Shown: positions 58,383 to 64,000 of the stretch, piece after piece
Layout of the letters: the number at the start of each line of letters is the position of its first letter
Position numbering within the stretch: the first letter of the stretch is position 1
NCBI GenBank assembly: GCA_965603825.1
Contig: CBFDEM010000046.1
Coordinates: 1 to 64,000, forward strand
From: Blepharisma stoltei ATCC 30299
Taxonomy: Eukaryota > Protista > Ciliophora
Direction: 5' to 3'
Length of the DNA stretch: 64,000 nucleotides
Notes under the pieces: model-generated
Seen by the model: only the letters and a program-made list of their open reading frames with translations
Told to the model about the DNA's origin: nothing
Database searches by the model: none
Program-made: the position numbers and the translations under genes

Positions 58383-61145
58383 ATGACCTCAAACCAGGAT
58401 GTTGTAGCAACCACTTTTGCCATTTCCCAAAAAGAAAAAGAGCTTAAACAGAGGTTTTTCAATAACCAAAGGACAGTCACCCAAAAAACTGAGCCAAAAA
58501 TAGTCCAAGCGCCCGACCCAAAACTCCACAATTTTCTAGATGACATGCAAAATGTCCTGCAGCAGCAAACCAAAGGGACAATGGCTGGGGATCTGCTAAA
58601 AAAACAAGCTGCGATTATGCAAGAGCAAGTCGATATTATTAAAGAAGACAGAAAAAACTTGCAAGAAGTAATACAACATCTTGCAATTAATAATACAAAA
58701 GAAAGCCAAGACCCTAGGAAAATGATGGCAGAGCTCCTAGCACCTCTAAGCAAGCAGATTTTAGAGGTAAAAAATTACTATGAAGAGACCAAAATTGCAG
58801 CCAAAGGCATCACTGAACAAGTCACAAATTTAAAATCTGCAATAAGCGAAAAAAGAAATACAGGGAAACTGCAGAGATCAGTGGAATTAAGCATTAATAA
58901 GTATAATAATCAGAAGAGCCAGTTTCAGAATAAGGTAAAAGAAGCTGAAATGATGGTAAATGAAGTAGAAGAGGCCGCACAAGAGAATTCGTTAATAAAT
59001 AAGTGCCAGGATGGGATTAGATACTTGAGAGAACAGATAAAGGCAGTTAAAGATGATACTTTGACAGTAGAAAAAGAGTTGCAGGGGAGGTATAAGAGGA
59101 TAATGGAGCAATGCCAGACAATAAAAAATTTGCCGACTGAAATGTTTTTGCAGGAAAAAGATTATAGAGGAGCTGTAATGAGGATTCAGGAAAGACTGGG
59201 AGGGGAGTTTAATTATGATGAAATTTTGGAGGAAATTGAAAATTCAGTTGCGGTTAAAAATACGCTGATGCTGGAATATAGACAAGGCACGCCGACTTAT
59301 CCCAAGCTGAAAAAGGTGAATATTTCGCCGGAAAGAGAAAAAAGTGGGTATCAGGGGCAGCAGACCTTGAAAAAGAAGCAGACTGAGCTACATCCTGCAC
59401 CTTTTGGAGGCAAAAGAACATTTACTATCAAGCCAAACAACTTAACAAATCTGCCAACAGTGCCTCTTAAACCGCCTTCTCCTGTTCCTATAAAAACAAA
59501 ACCGCCCTCCTTTATAAAAACAGCTCCAAAAATGCCTGAAACCCAAAAATCAAAAGAAATTGAGCCAGTCAAAAAATTCGAATTGCCTTCATTTGCCTCA
59601 AAAATCCCTACCGAGGTTCAAACCGAAGAAGTAAAGCCAGACCCCAAGCCAGTTCCAGCTGCTTCTAAATTAAACCAAACTAAAATCGCTGGCCCAGAAG
59701 CCTTAGAAAATGATTTATACTCAGGGCTAAAAAGCCAAGAAACCCAAAACCCTCCTTTACAGTCCTTAGAAAGCCAAACGACAGACGCTGTCACAAAATT
59801 CGTCCTAAACCAATTACTGTCAAAAGAAAAGCTTCATCTGGAAAAACCCCAAGGAAACAAAGCAAAATGGCTGGGGGTTGATGGAATCAGCGACCTCGTA
59901 AAGCAAAATTTATTAATAGACTCCTTTACAATCGAAAAAGTCGGCCAGCAAGTACTAGAAGAAGAAATAGAAAAAATGCGAACGAAAAATACTAAAAAAG
60001 AAGACTCAAAAAGAGACGAGTCCTATGCAGACGATTTTGAAGAATATAATGAGGATTCTAAAGACCCAGCCAAAGAACAGAAAGTTGAAATTCCAAAAAT
60101 ACCAATAAAGAAACCGGAGGAAAATAAAAACAATACGCCAGTTTTAGAGCCTCCAGAAAGTGGTGATATTGAGTCATTATTAAACCCGCGGCTGCTTGGT
60201 ATGATGAGTGCAGCGGCTGTGCAGCATTATATAACTGCTTTAATTGAGTCTGGCCACCTTGGTCGTGCCCATTCTATTTCTCCACCAAGTTTATTTGATA
60301 GAAATTCCACCCCTCCTACACAGATTTTTAATCCTCCAGTGCAGACCCCTATGACGAACCAAAATCAGTCAGATTTTACGATTTTGCCTCCACAAATTCA
60401 GACAAGAATAGAAATCCCTGAAGAGCTGAAAGGATTTTTTAATACACCTATAGGAGAACAGTTATTAAGAATAATTAAAGAAAATAAAAGCCAGACTCCT
60501 CAGCAGATTTTAGAAGAATGGGTCAAGCGCTATATGGCGAGTCCGAGAGACCCTTTTACCCCTTTGAATTTGCAGTACCCACCGAGGCAAGAATTTAATC
60601 ATGATAATAGGGAAAAAAGCATTTTTGGGGATATTTTTGCAAGCCAAATGCCAAAGCCTCAGTTTAATGCAGAAAAAGAAGAGAATGTGATTAAAAAAGA
60701 GTCCATGGCGCCTAGGAGGGTTTTTGATATCCCGATTTTGAACTTGCAAAAAGCTGTGCCAAGCAGCCCTGGAACTCTTGCATTTTTGCTATCAGAATCT
60801 GAGTCGTCGTCTGGGATTTCTTCAGGATCTGTAGGTTCTGAGCTCTTTTTTTCAGAAAATCCAGGGTTTTTGAGTGGGTTTATTGACTTTGTGAAAAAAT
60901 CAAGGGAAATTGAAGAAGGGCAAGTTCCTGGGAGTTATGAGACTTCTGAAGGAGAAGTCAAACACCCAGAAATAGAAGGACTGTCATCAGGAGAAATTCC
61001 TTCTGAGGTGCTTTTGCCTAGCCCTCTTGGAATTGATAGAAATTGGGATAGAGTAAGAATTTCCACTTCAGATTTATTGTCAAATGAAGAAACCTTTGAG
61101 AAAAGTGAAGGGGAATTTGACCCTGCAGCAATTTTCAGCATTTAA
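58383..61145 (+). CDS. 920-aa coiled-coil, Pro/Lys-rich protein with C-terminal SEGE-type repeats
   Basis: Single long ORF. N-terminal coiled coil, low-complexity centre, and EEGQV/SEGEV/SSGEI/SEGEF at the end. Confidence 0.85.
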   Translation: MTSNQDVVATTFAISQKEKELKQRFFNNQRTVTQKTEPKIVQAPDPKLHNFLDDMQNVLQQQTKGTMAGDLLKKQAAIMQEQVDIIKEDRKNLQEVIQHLAINNTKESQDPRKMMAELLAPLSKQILEVKNYYEETKIAAKGITEQVTNLKSAISEKRNTGKLQRSVELSINKYNNQKSQFQNKVKEAEMMVNEVEEAAQENSLINKCQDGIRYLREQIKAVKDDTLTVEKELQGRYKRIMEQCQTIKNLPTEMFLQEKDYRGAVMRIQERLGGEFNYDEILEEIENSVAVKNTLMLEYRQGTPTYPKLKKVNISPEREKSGYQGQQTLKKKQTELHPAPFGGKRTFTIKPNNLTNLPTVPLKPPSPVPIKTKPPSFIKTAPKMPETQKSKEIEPVKKFELPSFASKIPTEVQTEEVKPDPKPVPAASKLNQTKIAGPEALENDLYSGLKSQETQNPPLQSLESQTTDAVTKFVLNQLLSKEKLHLEKPQGNKAKWLGVDGISDLVKQNLLIDSFTIEKVGQQVLEEEIEKMRTKNTKKEDSKRDESYADDFEEYNEDSKDPAKEQKVEIPKIPIKKPEENKNNTPVLEPPESGDIESLLNPRLLGMMSAAAVQHYITALIESGHLGRAHSISPPSLFDRNSTPPTQIFNPPVQTPMTNQNQSDFTILPPQIQTRIEIPEELKGFFNTPIGEQLLRIIKENKSQTPQQILEEWVKRYMASPRDPFTPLNLQYPPRQEFNHDNREKSIFGDIFASQMPKPQFNAEKEENVIKKESMAPRRVFDIPILNLQKAVPSSPGTLAFLLSESESSSGISSGSVGSELFFSENPGFLSGFIDFVKKSREIEEGQVPGSYETSEGEVKHPEIEGLSSGEIPSEVLLPSPLGIDRNWDRVRISTSDLLSNEETFEKSEGEFDPAAIFSI

Positions 61146-61936
61146 ATAATTTTTATAATTAGAAAATTTAAATCTTAATTATTCTGATTTTCGAGATTAT
61201 AAATGGCTTAAATAATTATGTCTAAGTGTAGATTTTCGCTTATAAAATTGCCAGTATGGTTACGAACTGGCCATATAGGCTGATTATTAAAATTATTTTT
61301 ATTCATTTATATATATAAATAATAACTATTGTTCAATATAATAATACCTATAAGATGAATTTCTAGATTCCCTAATTAATAGTGGACGCTTTCTCTTTTT
61401 TCGCTTTAAGTACGTTGGCCATTTTAAGCCATAATTAAACATGAAGTCTTGGCTTAGAGCTGGTCTTCTGGCAGAAACACATGAATTATTCTTAAAATAA
61501 TTTTTAAAATTTTCTATCGGTTTTGCTTGCTATAAATTATTACAACAAGCACTTTTGCATGGTAATTTATTTCTCGTATACAAATTAGCTTGAATAATTA
61601 AAGTTTATTAATATAGAATAATATCAGCAACTTCTCAGCACTCCAATTAACTAATATTTTGCTTATTTAAGGTGGCGTAAATATTTCGATGATTTAATTA
61701 ATATTATAAACTTGGAAATTGAATTTTTATAACAAAAAATTTTTACACCCGCAATTATTTTTGAATCAAGCTTTGAAAAATTTTATATTAAAAAAAAATG
61801 TTAAAAAATAAGTTTTTCAAGACAAAAATGTTCGCTTACGTCATCTCTTCATCTTTTAAATATTTCAACTTATATCTTTACATTAAAGATTTTATGGTGT
61901 GTGTTCATTATATATATAATTTTTTTTATCAGCATT

Positions 61937-63073
61937 ATGGGAAACTGTTGCAGTAACCAAAGCGGAGACATGATGGACTCTCAATTACAGATTTCGCCCT
62001 CGCACTTCCAATTTAACTACATTATCGGCCGAGGAGGCTTAGCAAAAGTCTGAAAAGCCATGCGCTGTAACTCCAAAAAAGAATTTGCTATAAAAGTTAT
62101 GCCAAAAGTAAAAGTTTTGGCACGAAGTTCTATAAATAGCATCCTCAACGAGATGTCTTTCTTAAGCACATTGAGGAGTCCAAGCATTGTAAACATGCAT
62201 TATGCCTTTTATGACAGCGAAAATTTATATTTAGTCCTTGATCTTATGCCTTGCGGAGATCTTAGATTCCATTTGTCTCACAGAAAAAAAAAATTTTCAG
62301 AAAATCAATCGAAATTTTTAATTGCCAATATTGTGAGGAGCTTGGTATTTATCCATGGGGCTCATGTAATTCATAGAGATTTAAAGCCAGAAAATTTATT
62401 ATTTGATGAAAAAGGGTATCTTCACTTAACAGATTTTGGAACGGCAATTAATTATGATGAGAAAAATGGAAACTGGATGGGCGGGACTCCACAATATGCA
62501 GCCCCAGAAATGTTGTTGAGAGAAGAACAAACGATAGCAATTGATTATTATGCCTTAGGTGTTATATTATATGAGCTGATGACAGGCAAAAGGCCTTATG
62601 AAGGAAAAAACTGAAAAGAAATGAATGAGCTTATGAAAAATGAATTTACAGTAAAAGAAAGCGACCTACCTGCGGGATGGTCAAGTGATGTATTGGATTT
62701 AGTGAACAATGTAAGAATTACTTAGTTACTGAGAAAACAGCCAGAGATGAGATTAGGATTTAATGGTCCGGAAGAAGTAAAAAGTCACCCATGGCTAAGA
62801 AATATTGATTGAACAGAAATTTCTAATGGATTAACAAAAGCCCCATTTCTTCCAAACTCTACAACTTCAAATTTCAACCATTTTGTGGAAATGTCACTTA
62901 ATGGTAATGAAGATAAAGAAGCATTGCACAGAAGTAAAGATTTGCTTAAAGATGAAGTAACTCATTCACTTTTTTCGGGATTTTACTATAATGAGCTCGC
63001 GCAATACTCAGGATCAGTTTCTAACCCAGATCTACCTCTTTTATATCAGTATAGTCCTAAATCAAAATTGTAA
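61937..63073 (+). CDS. AGC-group Ser/Thr protein kinase with MGNCC acylation motif, ~373 aa
   Basis: ATG at 61937. IGRGGLAKV[TGA]K, FAIK, HRDLKPEN, DFG, APE and RLG..VKSHPWLRNID[TGA]. Three TGA codons and intron 62711-62725. Confidence 0.92.
62711..62725 (+). other. 15-nt intron GTAAGAATTACTTAG
   Basis: Removal eliminates a TAG and restores DLVNN-LLRKQPEMRLG. Confidence 0.9.
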
Positions 63074-63389
63074 TTGTGTAGCAAAATGCTATAATATGCA
63101 CTTATAATAATTTTTTTTAAAAAAGCTGATAAATTTCGCTTCATTAATTAGTATATTGATATTTTCCCTGTGATTATCTCATAAAATAAGCTTATAGACA
63201 AGAATGATGGGTAGGGGTCGCTGCTTTCTAAATAACAAATTTCATTTAAAAATTACACATTTATTCGCCAAATACTTAATAAAAGACTTTTGCATCAGAC
63301 TTTTTTATCTCCAAACAATTAGCAGGAATACCCAATAAGCAAGCTTTAAGATCTCTCTTACATTTTATTTACCAAATATTAAATTTTAT

Positions 63390-64000
63390 ATGTCAGAAGT
63401 TAATTCTCAATTAAACGCTACTAAGAGGTCCAGCATATTTTCATTCGGCAATGAATCAGTGCGATTAGAAAACGAAATAAATCATTTTACTCGAAAACTT
63501 GAACACGAGCGAAGACTATCTCTTTTACTTGACAAAGACTTGAAAGAAATAAAGCAAAATATCGCAAATATCAAAAAAAATAAAAATCAAAAATTCAGCA
63601 CCATCAAGGCTCAAGACAAGGTAAAAGCTTTAGAAATCAGACTTGAAGCCGTAAATAAGCAACTTGGAGAAGTCAGAAACAAAACCCGAAAGCTTATAAA
63701 TGAAATTGACTGTATGAGAAAAAACGCTCAAGGCTACCATACAGGAAATTTAAGCGCAAAAAAAGAATTAGAAAGAGCGCGATCCCAAATTATTGAGACA
63801 AACAGAGTATCTTCTGAGCTACAGAAAACAATTGAAAAATATAATGAAAATATATTAAGCACACACAGCAAGTTTGAAAGCAACCGGGATATTTTAGCCG
63901 AAAGCCTCAGCTTAATGAAATCTAATTATTTAGAAGACAAAATCGAAGGGACTAAATTCAGACAAGGCTTCACTGTGAATTTCGCTCAGCCAATAGCAGA
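63390..64000 (+). CDS. Coiled-coil protein, 5' part (runs off the window); possibly outer-dynein-arm docking complex (CCDC63/114)-like
   Basis: ATG at 63390, open frame to the window end. INHFTRKLEHERR..LD, KALEIRLE and LINEIDCMRK. Confidence 0.7.
   Translation, partial: MSEVNSQLNATKRSSIFSFGNESVRLENEINHFTRKLEHERRLSLLLDKDLKEIKQNIANIKKNKNQKFSTIKAQDKVKALEIRLEAVNKQLGEVRNKTRKLINEIDCMRKNAQGYHTGNLSAKKELERARSQIIETNRVSSELQKTIEKYNENILSTHSKFESNRDILAESLSLMKSNYLEDKIEGTKFRQGFTVNFAQPIA

Overview
This is the end of a ciliate macronuclear chromosome, almost certainly a heterotrich of the genus Blepharisma. Three things point to this: about 3.7 kb of (CCCTAACA)n telomere, UGA read as Trp with UAA/UAG as the only stops, and 15-16 nt GT-AG introns with an A six bases from the 3' end. 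The supplied standard-code ORF track therefore fragments most genes. Re-read with UGA=Trp and tiny introns, the window holds about 22 intact or probably intact genes. These include a 2157-aa Ser/Thr-rich putative GPI-anchored surface protein, a C2H2 zinc-finger protein, two tandem DUF229-type proteins, cathepsin B, a pseudokinase, an Rdx-Ig-WW protein and two intact Pumilio/PUF paralogues (a third is frameshifted). It also has FBPase, an MFS sugar/inositol transporter, an RRM protein, an IQ-MORN protein, two tandem choline/ethanolamine phosphotransferases, an LMBR1-family protein and an AGC kinase. Gene relics missed or only partly shown by the ORF track are WD40, Rab1, Kelch, O-methyltransferase and a telomere-proximal fragment of the surface-protein family. 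The best leads are (1) an 876-bp TTA-flanked, inverted-repeat-bounded IES/MITE-like insert retained in a Kelch pseudogene, whose removal rejoins the reading frame; (2) a PUF triplet whose base-specifying residues have diverged and include natural SYxxR/CYxxR cytosine-type codes; (3) complete UGA avoidance in apparently highly expressed genes; and (4) stop-free 15-nt introns sitting inside a catalytic motif.
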